Assembly: GCA_039793425.1 (NCBI GenBank)
Contig: JBAMLT010000220.1
Coordinates: 17,701-81,700, forward strand
Direction: 5' to 3'
Source: Caldisericota bacterium
GTDB taxonomy: Bacteria > Caldisericota > Caldisericia > B22-G15
DNA length: 64,000 nucleotides
Shown: positions 30,766 through 40,780 of the stretch, piece by piece
Layout of the letters: every line of letters begins with the position of its first letter
Numbering within the stretch: the first letter of the stretch is position 1
Notes under the pieces: generated by a model
Databases searched by the model: none
What the model saw: the letters and a program-made list of their open reading frames with translations, nothing else
What the model was told of the DNA's origin: nothing
Made by a program: the position numbers and the translations under genes

Positions 30766-31533
30766 CTACTTTTTATTTAAATCATAAATAAGTTTTAAAC
30801 CTTTTAAGATAAGGTCTCTTTCATATATATAATTCAGTTTTATCAGTGGTAAAACAAAATGTGATGCACCACCAGTTATGATTACATTAACACTATCACT
30901 TAATGAGTTTTCTATTTCTTTTACTACTTTTTCAACAATACCACTCCAGCCATACAAAAAACCAGATTGAATAGCGTTTATTGTATTTTTTCCAATTGGT
31001 GAATCAGGAAGAGTGAGTTCTACTTTAGGAAGTTTTGCTGTTCTTGTAATTAAGGATTCAAGAGATAACAAGATACCTGGTGCAATTGCTCCTCCAATAA
31101 AAACACCATTTTTATCTATTACATCAAATGTAGTTGCTGTTCCAAAATCAACAACAACTGTAGAATTTTTTGTTATCTCATAAGCCATTGAACTTCCAAC
31201 TAATCTATCTATTCCAAGTTCATTTATATTATCAATCTTAATTTTTATTGGAAATTTCATCGATAAATTTACAAAAATTGGTTTTTTATTAAATATTTTT
31301 TCAATGGCTCTTTCAAAAATTGGATCAAGTGGAGGAACAACTGAAGAAATAATTACATCATCAATATCTTTATTTGTAATCTTATCAAAATAAAGAAGTG
31401 AAATTATATCAAGAGCATATTCATCTGATGTTCTTAGAACTCTTGAAGAAAGTCTGTATGTTTTGATAATTTCATTTTTTTTAAAAACTCCCAAAACAAT
31501 GTTAGTGTTTCCAATATCAATTGTTAGTAACAT
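30766..31533 (-). CDS. coaX: type III pantothenate kinase
   Basis: N-terminal LLTIDIGNTNI motif and ASKHA fold pattern (GGAIAPG). Confidence 0.85.
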   Translation of the reverse strand: MLLTIDIGNTNIVLGVFKKNEIIKTYRLSSRVLRTSDEYALDIISLLYFDKITNKDIDDVIISSVVPPLDPIFERAIEKIFNKKPIFVNLSMKFPIKIKIDNINELGIDRLVGSSMAYEITKNSTVVVDFGTATTFDVIDKNGVFIGGAIAPGILLSLESLITRTAKLPKVELTLPDSPIGKNTINAIQSGFLYGWSGIVEKVVKEIENSLSDSVNVIITGGASHFVLPLIKLNYIYERDLILKGLKLIYDLNKK

Positions 31534-32152
31534 TTTCCTTGCTCCTTAAATATTTTTCTATTAATAAAAAAGCATCACCTCTTGATAATTTTTCTCTAAA
31601 TTTAATTTTATCTGGAAAATAATTATGTGAAATACTTGCAACAATTATTATTGATTTCGATTTATTATCAAGAGGTAATGATATATTTTCTATTTCACCT
31701 TTGTATGGTGATGCAAGAAGAATAAAATATAAAGCCTCATAAATATTTATAAAAAGATATGGTTCGATTTCTTCTTCTTTAATTTTAGTAATATTTGAAT
31801 ATTCAATTAAATAAGGATGAAACCATTTTTCTTTAAGTTCTGGAAATTTATCTTTATTTTGATTTTTGAATCTATTAATAAAATTAAGAAAGAAATCCTT
31901 TATTTTTTCAAAAATTGTTTTATTAATTTCCTCTTTCCCATATTTTAAATTGCATCTAACTATTAAAGTTAAAAATTCACCTTCAGTTATTGCCCAGTCA
32001 ACCTTAAAAGTTCCATCAGGAAAACCTTTTATGATATTTTTTTCAAGAAGGTAATCGATTGATGAAAGATACTCTTCTGGTATCTTTTCTTGAAATTTAG
32101 CACCAAATGGAATTATTAAAAGAATGAGTAAAATAAATATAAGTTTCTTCAT
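31517..32152 (-). CDS. secreted hypothetical protein (signal peptide)
   Basis: N-terminal MKKLIFILLILLIIPFGA signal-like segment; no family recognised. Confidence 0.35.
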   Translation of the reverse strand: MKKLIFILLILLIIPFGAKFQEKIPEEYLSSIDYLLEKNIIKGFPDGTFKVDWAITEGEFLTLIVRCNLKYGKEEINKTIFEKIKDFFLNFINRFKNQNKDKFPELKEKWFHPYLIEYSNITKIKEEEIEPYLFINIYEALYFILLASPYKGEIENISLPLDNKSKSIIIVASISHNYFPDKIKFREKLSRGDAFLLIEKYLRSKENVTNN

Positions 32153-32235
32153 CCTATAAATTTTAACATATTTGAAAATATGAAGTATTTTTTATTAAAA
32201 ATGATACAATTAATTTATCACTATAAGGAGGAAGA

Positions 32236-32913
32236 ATGAGAAAAAACTATTATTTAATAATAATATTAATAACAATTTTGATATTAGTTTTAATATTTAG
32301 TAGATATTTTACAAAAAAGGATAAAATAGTACTTAATGAAGAGGAAATTCTTGAATATCAAGGAGAAAAACTTTCATCTATACAAGAATTCAGAGAAAAT
32401 TCTATAAAGGGTCCTCAATATGTTGATATTAATAATTATAAATTGAATATAACTGGGCTTATTGATAATAAAAAAAGTTATACATATGATGAAATCATAA
32501 ATAAATTTCAAAAATATGAAAAAGTTACAACCATCTATTGTGTTGAGGGTTGGAGTTTAAAAATATTATGGGAAGGTTTTCTTGTTAGAGATTTATTAGA
32601 AGATGTAGGTATAAGTAAAGATGCAAAAATTTTGATTTTTCATGCATATGATGGTTATACAACTTCAATGCCTATCGAATATTTTTATGATAAAGACATT
32701 CTAATTGCATATAAAATGAATGGAGTAAAATTGCCACCTGAAAGAGGTTTTCCATTCCAATTAGTCGCTGAGAACAAATGGGGATATAAATGGATTAAAT
32801 GGATTACTGAAATTGAAGTATCAAATGATGAAAATTATAGAGGTTACTGGGAAGAAAGAGGATTTTCAAATGAAGGAGATCTTGATAAATCATTTATTGA
32901 AAATCCAAAATAA
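32236..32913 (+). CDS. molybdopterin-dependent oxidoreductase domain protein (sulfite-oxidase/MsrP-like Mo-binding domain) with N-terminal TM anchor
   Basis: Motifs TTIYCVEGWS and KMNGVKLPPERGFPFQLV typical of Oxidored_molyb domain. Confidence 0.6.
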   Translation: MRKNYYLIIILITILILVLIFSRYFTKKDKIVLNEEEILEYQGEKLSSIQEFRENSIKGPQYVDINNYKLNITGLIDNKKSYTYDEIINKFQKYEKVTTIYCVEGWSLKILWEGFLVRDLLEDVGISKDAKILIFHAYDGYTTSMPIEYFYDKDILIAYKMNGVKLPPERGFPFQLVAENKWGYKWIKWITEIEVSNDENYRGYWEERGFSNEGDLDKSFIENPK

Positions 32914-32914
32914 T

Positions 32915-33769
32915 TTAAAGAAAAATTAAATATGTACCTAAAATCATTATTAATGCTCCTATAAATCTATATTTTATTTCCTCTTTAAATATGAATCTGG
33001 AAAAAATTAGTGTTATTATTGTACCAAGCATTGTTGATGGTTCTGCTATACTTACATCGATATTTTTAAAAGCAATCAATAAAAATAGATAGGAATAAGC
33101 ATTTGTAAGTCCTGCTGAAATACTTAAAAATTTTTTTTCTTTTAATAATAAAAAGGTATCTTTTAACTTTCTATTGAACAAAATTATAAAAAATAAGATT
33201 ATTGTAATGGAAAGATAGAGAAAAAAAGCATAAAAAAGAGGTGAAACTCCCATCTTTGTAATTGAGCCATCTATTGTTCTACCAATTGCAATTAATAAAG
33301 AAGAAATTATCATAATCTTTGAACCTCTATCCTTTAATAGAGTTTTAATTGAAAGAAATAAGTTTTCTCTTTTAGTGAGAAATGATGAACCATAGATTAA
33401 AAGAATTAGACCCATAATTTTTATAAAGGTAATTTTTTCATCAAGAAAAATTGTAGTTAGTATTACTAAAAAGAAAATATTGAAGTTATATAAAGGAGTT
33501 ACCAAAGATACTTCACTTATGGATATTGATTTCACATATAAAATAAAAGAATTAGTATAAATTATACTTGTGATTAAAACTACTTTTAAAAAACTATAAT
33601 TATCTGGTTTTTTTGAAAAAATAATAAATGGCAAAAAGAAAAAGATAGCAAGAAAAAAGAATAAAAAAGTAACAATAATATTATTATCTTTTTCGCTTAA
33701 TCCTTTTATTATTATTCTTTCAACGCCAATCAAAAAAATTCTACCTAATAGAGCAATATAGGATAACAT
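32915..33769 (-). CDS. EamA/DMT-superfamily permease
   Basis: 284 aa, 10 predicted TM helices in two 5-TM repeats. Confidence 0.5.
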   Translation of the reverse strand: MLSYIALLGRIFLIGVERIIIKGLSEKDNNIIVTFLFFFLAIFFFLPFIIFSKKPDNYSFLKVVLITSIIYTNSFILYVKSISISEVSLVTPLYNFNIFFLVILTTIFLDEKITFIKIMGLILLIYGSSFLTKRENLFLSIKTLLKDRGSKIMIISSLLIAIGRTIDGSITKMGVSPLFYAFFLYLSITIILFFIILFNRKLKDTFLLLKEKKFLSISAGLTNAYSYLFLLIAFKNIDVSIAEPSTMLGTIITLIFSRFIFKEEIKYRFIGALIMILGTYLIFL

Positions 33770-33818
33770 GAATTTATTATAGATTAAAAAATTATAAAAT
33801 TATGAAACTTTTAATAAT

Positions 33819-34265
33819 TTATAGGTCTTTTACCATAAAATAAGCATCTTCTTTGTTATCTGGATAATATTCTTTTTTTATCTTATCAATCCTAAATCCT
33901 AATTTTTTATATAAACTTATAGCCTTATCATTTGAAACCCTGACCTCAAGTACACATAATTTACATTTTTCTTTTTTACCAATATCCAAAATATAATTCA
34001 TCAATTTTTCTCCAATTCCTCTTCTTCTATAGTCAGGATGAACTGCAACAGTTGTTATATGTATAAGGTCAGAAAGAAACCAACTTCCAATGTAACCTAT
34101 AACTGTATTATTTAATTCAACAACATAATATCTGCCAAATCTATTATAATTTACTTCTCTAAAGAATTCGTTTACTCCCCATGGATGACTATATGATTTT
34201 TTATCAATTTCGACAACAACCAATATATCTTTATTGGTCATTGGTCTGATTTTCAGTTCATCCAT
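33819..34265 (-). CDS. rimI: ribosomal-protein-alanine N-acetyltransferase (GNAT)
   Basis: 148 aa GNAT with RRRGIGEKLM motif; located directly downstream of rpoD. Confidence 0.65.
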   Translation of the reverse strand: MDELKIRPMTNKDILVVVEIDKKSYSHPWGVNEFFREVNYNRFGRYYVVELNNTVIGYIGSWFLSDLIHITTVAVHPDYRRRGIGEKLMNYILDIGKKEKCKLCVLEVRVSNDKAISLYKKLGFRIDKIKKEYYPDNKEDAYFMVKDL

Positions 34266-35359
34266 TAAATTTTCTTTTCTTTTTTCATCAATTGTTTTAA
34301 TCTTCTTATTGCCTTTGACTCAATCTGTCTTATTCTTTCTCTTGTTACATTAAATTTTGCACCAACTTCTTCAAGAGTATGTGGAACTTCTCCACCTAAT
34401 CCAAAACGAAGTTTAATAATTTCTCTTTCTCTTTCAGGTAAAAATTTTAGTAGTTCTAAGAGTTCCTCATTGGAGCAATTTTTGATTGTTTCTTCTTCTG
34501 GTGATAAAATGGATTTATCCTCAACAAAATCTGCGAGTCTTGTATCTTCATCATCTCCAACTGGTGTTTCAAGTGAAATTGGAACCTGTGCAACTCTTTT
34601 AAAATCCTGTACTTTTTTAACAGAAATATCCATCTCTTTTGCAATTTCTTCATCTGTTGGCTCTCTACCGAGTTTTTGCATCAGTTGTCTTGTTATTTTT
34701 TTCAATCTGTTTATATTTTCAACCATATGGACAGGTACTCTTATCGTTCTTGATTGATCTGCAAGCGCTCTTGTTATTGCTTGTCTTATCCACCATGTGG
34801 CATATGTTGAAAATCTCCACCCCTTTTTATAATCAAATTTTTCAGCTGCTTTAATTAGACCAAGATTACCCTCTTGTATTAAATCAAGAAAAAGTAAACC
34901 CTGACCTATATATTTTTTCGCAATACTTACTACAAGTCTTAAATTACTTTCAATTAATCTCTTTCTTGCCTCAGCTTTCTGTTCAAGATTTCCTTCTCTC
35001 ATTTTTTTTGCAAGTTCATATTCTTCATCTTTTGAAAGCAAAGGAATTTTACTTATCTCCACAAGATATGAATTAACAGGATCAAGAGGTTCAAGCAGTT
35101 CCTCTTTAGAAAATTCCAATCCTTCTTTAAATTTTTCTATCTCATCTTTTCTTCTCTCTTCTTCAATTTCAATTTCTTTTTCATCACCAAATATGATTCC
35201 ATTTTCAATTAAAGATTCATACATCTCATCTATCTCTTCTGGAGATAGATCTTCTATTGAAGATAAAGTATCAAAAATTTCGTTATATGAAAGATTACCT
35301 CTCTCTTTACCCTTTTCAATTAATCTTGTTATCTCATTGTGCCTAAACTTATCTCGCAA
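34265..35359 (-). CDS. rpoD: RNA polymerase primary sigma factor (sigma-70/SigA)
   Basis: Regions 2.x-4.2 conserved ([57 protein letters not shown]). Confidence 0.9.
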   Translation of the reverse strand: MRDKFRHNEITRLIEKGKERGNLSYNEIFDTLSSIEDLSPEEIDEMYESLIENGIIFGDEKEIEIEEERRKDEIEKFKEGLEFSKEELLEPLDPVNSYLVEISKIPLLSKDEEYELAKKMREGNLEQKAEARKRLIESNLRLVVSIAKKYIGQGLLFLDLIQEGNLGLIKAAEKFDYKKGWRFSTYATWWIRQAITRALADQSRTIRVPVHMVENINRLKKITRQLMQKLGREPTDEEIAKEMDISVKKVQDFKRVAQVPISLETPVGDDEDTRLADFVEDKSILSPEEETIKNCSNEELLELLKFLPEREREIIKLRFGLGGEVPHTLEEVGAKFNVTRERIRQIESKAIRRLKQLMKKEKKI

Positions 35360-35362
35360 ACT

Positions 35363-37015
35363 TTACACCTCCTTATATAATAAATTCTTTAAATTCTTCT
35401 CTATCTCAATTAATTTCAGTTGATAATAATCAACCATATCTTTTTCATTATTCTTTTCTGCTTTTTCTAAATAAATTAATAACTCTTTTTTAAGATTAAG
35501 TAAATAGGATATTTTAATTCTCTTCAACATATCATAAAAATTTTCTTTAGGTCCAATATCTTTTTCAGTTAAACTAAACTCTCTATATAAAGGATCTTGA
35601 GTTAATATGTTTTCATTTTCATTTAATATCTTTATGAAAAGTTCTCTATACTTTTTTGTCAAAAAATAGTTTTCATCAATTTCATTTTTAATTTCCTCAA
35701 TTAATTCTGGATTTTTGATTAGATATAATAAAAACTCTTTTTCAAGAATATTTTCCTGTTCTAAAATCTCCTCTTTAATTTTCCTCTTTTTCTCTTTCAT
35801 TTCATCAAGTATAACCATCTCAGGAAATTTTGTTCTTTCAGAAATTTTTTTAATAAATTCAAATCTTTTTGCTGCATCTTTAATTCTCTTTGCTATGTCA
35901 ATCAAGTCTTTTAAAAGAGGAACAAGAGTATCATCTTTTTCATGTTTTTTCTCTGCTTCTTTCCATAAAAAAGATATCACATCATCTGAATTTGATATTA
36001 AATTTAATAAATTATCTTTTCCAAACTTTATTATGTATTCATCAGGATCAAGATTCTCTGGTAAGGTTAAAATTTTAATTTCAAAATTATATTTTTCTGC
36101 TATTTCAAGTGCTCTTTTTGTTCCCTCAATACCACCAATATCTGGATCAAATGAAATTATCACTCTATCAGAAAATCTTTTCAAAATTTTTGCCTGATCT
36201 TCTGTAAAAGAAGTACCCATAGAAGATACACTGTTTTTAATTCCATTTTTTGAAAGAATAATTACATCCATATAACCCTCAACAAGTATCGCTTCCTTTG
36301 TCTTTAAGATTTCCTCTTTGCCTTCAAATAAACCATAAAGAGTTTCGCCCTTTTTAAAAAATTTTTCAGTTGAATTTATATATTTAGGCATTTCTCCTTT
36401 TAATGATCTTCCTGAAAAACCAACAATTTTCCCTGAAACATTTCTTATTGGAAACATTAATCTTTCTATAAAATTTGAATAAGGGTAAATTCCAGTGTCT
36501 TTTATATCTATCTTTTCTTCTTTATTTTCAGTTAAAAAATCAGCAATTGATTTTGGTGCAAATCCAAGTTTAAATTTTTGAATAGTTTCTAAATCAAGAC
36601 CCCTTTCTTTTAGATATGATAAAACCTCTTCATTTTCAATTAATTTGTTATAAAAAAATTCTGCAATTTTTTCATGTATATCAAAAATTTTTTTCTTATC
36701 TTCACTATATTCAAACTGTGGAATTTCAACATTTGCCCATTTTGCAACCATTTCTACGGCTCTTTCAAAACTTACATTTTCAATCTTCATTATGAAATTG
36801 TATAGATTACCTCCCTCACCACATCCAAAACAGTGAAAAAGTCCTTTTTCTTTAGATATATTTAAAGATGGATTTTTATCAGGATGAAAAGGGCAAAGTG
36901 CAACATAATTTTTTCCTCTTTTCTTAATTGATAAATATTGAGATAGATATTCAACAATATCAACTTTTTCTCTTAATTCTTCTGCAAATTGATATAAATT
37001 TCTCATATTTGCCAT
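35363..37015 (-). CDS. dnaG: DNA primase
   Basis: Zinc-ribbon CPFHPDKNPSLNISKEKGLFHCFGCG, TOPRIM domain (LVEGYMDVI). Confidence 0.9.
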   Translation of the reverse strand: MANMRNLYQFAEELREKVDIVEYLSQYLSIKKRGKNYVALCPFHPDKNPSLNISKEKGLFHCFGCGEGGNLYNFIMKIENVSFERAVEMVAKWANVEIPQFEYSEDKKKIFDIHEKIAEFFYNKLIENEEVLSYLKERGLDLETIQKFKLGFAPKSIADFLTENKEEKIDIKDTGIYPYSNFIERLMFPIRNVSGKIVGFSGRSLKGEMPKYINSTEKFFKKGETLYGLFEGKEEILKTKEAILVEGYMDVIILSKNGIKNSVSSMGTSFTEDQAKILKRFSDRVIISFDPDIGGIEGTKRALEIAEKYNFEIKILTLPENLDPDEYIIKFGKDNLLNLISNSDDVISFLWKEAEKKHEKDDTLVPLLKDLIDIAKRIKDAAKRFEFIKKISERTKFPEMVILDEMKEKKRKIKEEILEQENILEKEFLLYLIKNPELIEEIKNEIDENYFLTKKYRELFIKILNENENILTQDPLYREFSLTEKDIGPKENFYDMLKRIKISYLLNLKKELLIYLEKAEKNNEKDMVDYYQLKLIEIEKNLKNLLYKEV

Positions 37016-38130
37016 GGTTTTGGTATAAAAGTTTCGTTAAAATTCAATAATAAAAATGCATCACTCATTCCTGAAATATAATCACAAACATATCTTATTC
37101 TTACTGGTAAAAAAGTTAAGGCATCTTCCCATGATTTATATGAAATTGGTAGTTCATATTTTTTTACAAAATTTAATATTGATGAAGGATTTTCCACATA
37201 ATAATCAAAAAGATTTGATATGACAATTTCAATTCTTCTTATCTCCTGTCCTCTTAGTTTCTCATTATAATAAAGGTTCTCTTTCAAAAAAGTTAAAAAA
37301 ATATCTATAATATTTTCAACTTCACTTGAAAACTCTATTTTCCCTTTTTTTATAGAGTTACCTATCAAATCTTTTACCATAATATCTATTCTTTTTCCAC
37401 TATCCTTTCCTAATTTTTTAACAATCTCTTTAGGAATTTCTTTTTCTTTTATAACACCACCTCTAATTGCATCATCAAGATCATGATTTAAATAAGCAAT
37501 TCTATCTGATAATGCAACTACAACTCCTTCAAAAGTGGAGATTTTATTAAGATCGCTATCCTTAATATCTTTCAAACCTTTTGAATGATTCAAAATTCCG
37601 TCTCTTACTTCCCATGTTAAATTAAGACCTGTAGTCTTTTTACCACCATAACCTTCTTCCAAAAAATCAACAACTCTTAAAGATTGTTCATTGTGTTTAA
37701 ATCCACCTGTACTAATATATTCTTTATATTTTTTATCTAAAACCTCTTCTCCAATATGACCAAAGGGTGAATGCCCGAGGTCGTGTCCTAAAGCTATTGC
37801 TTCTATTAAATCTTCATTTAATCTTAAAGCACGACCAATCACTCTTGCAATCTGAGATACCTCAAGAACATGAGTTAGTCTTGTTCTGTAATGATCTCCG
37901 AGAGGAAAAAAGAAAACCTGAGTTTTTTCTTTCAATCTCCTTAATGATTTTGAATGAATAATTCTATCTCTATCTCTTTGAAAATCTGTTCTTATCTCAC
38001 ACTTTTTTTCTTTATAAATTCTCCCTTTACTCTTATTTGAAAGAGTTGCATAAGGTGAAAGGGTTTTTTTCTCAAGTTCCTCAACGAGTATCCGAATAGG
38101 TTTCTCTTTTTGCAAATTTTTCCTCAACAA
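37003..38130 (-). CDS. dgt: dGTP triphosphohydrolase-like HD-domain protein
   Basis: FQRDRDRIIHS and HDLGHSPFGH motifs; conserved dgt-dnaG-rpoD arrangement. Confidence 0.8.
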   Translation of the reverse strand: MLRKNLQKEKPIRILVEELEKKTLSPYATLSNKSKGRIYKEKKCEIRTDFQRDRDRIIHSKSLRRLKEKTQVFFFPLGDHYRTRLTHVLEVSQIARVIGRALRLNEDLIEAIALGHDLGHSPFGHIGEEVLDKKYKEYISTGGFKHNEQSLRVVDFLEEGYGGKKTTGLNLTWEVRDGILNHSKGLKDIKDSDLNKISTFEGVVVALSDRIAYLNHDLDDAIRGGVIKEKEIPKEIVKKLGKDSGKRIDIMVKDLIGNSIKKGKIEFSSEVENIIDIFLTFLKENLYYNEKLRGQEIRRIEIVISNLFDYYVENPSSILNFVKKYELPISYKSWEDALTFLPVRIRYVCDYISGMSDAFLLLNFNETFIPKPWQI

Positions 38131-40759
38131 CTGCTTGCGCTGCAGATAATCTTGCTATAGGTATTCTAAATGGAGAACATGAAACATAATCAAGTCCAGC
38201 CTTATGGAAAAATTTGACACTTTTAGGTTCGCCACCATGTTCACCACAAATTCCAACTTCAAGTTTAGGATTTGACTCTTTCCCAAGTCTTGTTCCTAAC
38301 TCTACAAGTTTACCAACGCCTTCAATATCAAGAACCATAAATGGATTTTCAGGAAGTATCTTTTTATCTATATAAAAAGGTAAAAATGTTGCTTCAACAT
38401 CATCTCTACTGAAAGCATATGTTGTCTGAGTAAGATCATTTGTGCCAAAAGAGAAAAATTCAGCATATTTAGCAATTTTATCAGCACAAACTGCTGCTCT
38501 TGGAACCTCAATCATAGTACCAACAAGATAATGAATTTCAACTCCTTCTCTTTCCATAACCTCTTTTGCTACTTTATCAGTCATATCTTTTAGAATTTTA
38601 AGTTCATTTTCATGAGCAACAAGTGGATGCATTATTTCAACCACTGGGTTAAGACCTTTTCTTTTTAAATTTATTCCTGCCATAATTATTGCTTCTATCA
38701 TCGCTTCATATATTTCTGGATATACTATTCCAACTCTACATCCTCTCCATCCAATCATTGGGTTATGTTCATATAATTCTTTGATTCTTTTTAGAATTCT
38801 TTCTCTCTTTTTTATCTCTTCAACATCTCCATTACTCTCTTTTAAAGATTTAATTTCTTCTTCAACCCTTTCTCTTTGAGGTAAGAATTCATGAAGGGGT
38901 GGATCAAGAAGTCTAATTGTTACAGGAAGATTATTCATAACTTCAAGCATCTCTTCAAAATCTTTCTGAATCATATGAACAATTTTCTTAAGATGAACTT
39001 CTCTTTCTTCTTTTGTTTTTGACATTATCATATCTTGAACAATTGGAAGTCTCTCAGGGTCAAGAAACATTCTTTCAATTCTTAATAAACCAATTCCTTC
39101 TGCTCCAAACTTTTTTGCTTTTTTAGCATCTTCTGGTGTATTTGCATTTGCTCTTACACCAAGTTTTCTAATTTCATCAGCATATTTAAGAAGCTTTTCG
39201 AGGTTTCCTCCAATTTCAGGTTCTATTAAGGGTGCTTTTCCTAAGATAACCCTACCTGTTCCTCCATCAATTGTTATATATTCATCTTTTGTTACTTTTG
39301 TTCCATCTGGTGATATAAAAAATTGACCATTCATATCAATTTTTATCTCTTCACAACCAACAACACAAGGCTTACCCATTCCTCTTGCCACCACTGCAGC
39401 ATGACTGGTCATCCCGCCACGGGCAGTTAATATTCCTTTTGCTGCAACCATTCCATGAATGTCCTCAGGAGTTGTTTCTGGCCTTACAAGTAAAATCTCT
39501 TCTCCATTATTTCCTCTTAATGCTGCTTCATCAGTATCAAAAACAACCTTACCAAATGCTGCACCAGGAGATGCTGGTAATCCTTTTGCTATAACTTTAA
39601 TATTTGCTTTTGAATCAATCATTGGATGCAAAAGTAATTCTATCTGATGGGGGTCAACTCTCATAACTGCTTCTTCTTTGGTTATAACACCTTCCTCAAC
39701 CATATCAACTGCAATTTTAACAGCAGCAACTGGAGTTCTTTGACCTGTTCTTGTCTGAAGCATGAAAAGTTTACCTTTTTCTATTGTGAACTCAAAATCC
39801 TGAATATCTCTATAATGTTTCTCAAGAATATCTTTGATTTTTAAAAGTTCATTATATGCTGAGGGTATGTCATTTTTAAGTTCGATGATAGGTTTTGGAG
39901 TTCTTATTCCAGCAACAACATCCTCGCCCTGTGCATTAAGTAAATATTCACCATATAGTTTATTTTCACCTGTTGCTGGATCTCTTGTGAAACCGACTCC
40001 GGTTCCTGAATCAAAACCTGCATTACCAAAAACCATCATCTGAATATTTACTGCAGTCCCAAGAGTTTCAGGTATTTTATAAATTCTTCTATATTCTATT
40101 GCTCTTTTGTTGTTCCATGATTTGAAAACTGCTTCAATTGCCATCATCAACTGCTTATAAGGATCCTGTGGAAATTTTTCATGAACTTCTCTTTCATATA
40201 ATTTTTTATATTCGTAAACTATCTTTTTTAATCCTTCATAAGGAATCTCTGCATCACTTTTGACATTAAATCTATTTTTAATCTCATCAAGAATTTCCTC
40301 AAAATATTCATGTTTTATAGACATAACTACATTTGAGAACATAGTTATAAACCTTCTATATGAATCATATGCAAATCTTTTATCTTTTGTTAATTCGCTT
40401 AATCCCTCAACTGTTTCATCATTAAGACCTAAATTTAAAATTGTATCCATCATACCAGGCATTGAAACAGGTGCACCTGACCTAACAGATACAAGAAGAG
40501 GGTTCTCTTTTGAACCAAAAATTTTTTTTGTTTTTGTTTCCAATTTTTTTAAATACCCAAGAATTTCATCTTCAAGTCCAGGTGGAAATTTTCCTCCTAC
40601 TTTGTAATACTCATTACAAACTTCTGTGGTTATGGTAAAACCATATGGAACTGGTAAACCAATTTTAGTCATTTCTGCAAGACCCGCGCCTTTCCCTCCA
40701 AGAAGAGATTTCATCTCTTTTGAACCTTCTTCAAACTCATAAATTCTCTTTGAAGCCAT
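38081..40759 (-). CDS. ppdK: pyruvate, phosphate dikinase
   Basis: 892 aa; PEP-utilising enzyme motifs (GGMTSHAAVVARGMGKPCVVG), ATP-grasp N-domain, TIM-barrel C-domain. Confidence 0.9.
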   Translation of the reverse strand: MASKRIYEFEEGSKEMKSLLGGKGAGLAEMTKIGLPVPYGFTITTEVCNEYYKVGGKFPPGLEDEILGYLKKLETKTKKIFGSKENPLLVSVRSGAPVSMPGMMDTILNLGLNDETVEGLSELTKDKRFAYDSYRRFITMFSNVVMSIKHEYFEEILDEIKNRFNVKSDAEIPYEGLKKIVYEYKKLYEREVHEKFPQDPYKQLMMAIEAVFKSWNNKRAIEYRRIYKIPETLGTAVNIQMMVFGNAGFDSGTGVGFTRDPATGENKLYGEYLLNAQGEDVVAGIRTPKPIIELKNDIPSAYNELLKIKDILEKHYRDIQDFEFTIEKGKLFMLQTRTGQRTPVAAVKIAVDMVEEGVITKEEAVMRVDPHQIELLLHPMIDSKANIKVIAKGLPASPGAAFGKVVFDTDEAALRGNNGEEILLVRPETTPEDIHGMVAAKGILTARGGMTSHAAVVARGMGKPCVVGCEEIKIDMNGQFFISPDGTKVTKDEYITIDGGTGRVILGKAPLIEPEIGGNLEKLLKYADEIRKLGVRANANTPEDAKKAKKFGAEGIGLLRIERMFLDPERLPIVQDMIMSKTKEEREVHLKKIVHMIQKDFEEMLEVMNNLPVTIRLLDPPLHEFLPQRERVEEEIKSLKESNGDVEEIKKRERILKRIKELYEHNPMIGWRGCRVGIVYPEIYEAMIEAIIMAGINLKRKGLNPVVEIMHPLVAHENELKILKDMTDKVAKEVMEREGVEIHYLVGTMIEVPRAAVCADKIAKYAEFFSFGTNDLTQTTYAFSRDDVEATFLPFYIDKKILPENPFMVLDIEGVGKLVELGTRLGKESNPKLEVGICGEHGGEPKSVKFFHKAGLDYVSCSPFRIPIARLSAAQAVVEEKFAKRETYSDTR

Positions 40760-40780
40760 CTTATACTCCTTTCTATAAAA

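Noticed and set aside
243-36197. Numerous antisense or embedded ORFs of 60-180 aa inside well-supported genes (e.g. 243-524, 8512-8814, 13023-13400, 20849-21397, 30148-30561, 35715-36197)
   Set aside because: They lie antisense to conserved genes, have low-complexity Ile/Leu/Phe/Ser-rich translations typical of AT-rich antisense frames, and lack RBSs; judged spurious.
38081-38130. 50-nt overlap of dgt start with ppdK 3' end as possible mis-annotation or frameshift
   Set aside because: Both frames encode conserved sequence up to their ends (dgt N-terminus aligns to the FQRDRDRI region at the normal distance), and no alternative start was found; accepted as a genuine or near-genuine overlap in a compact genome.
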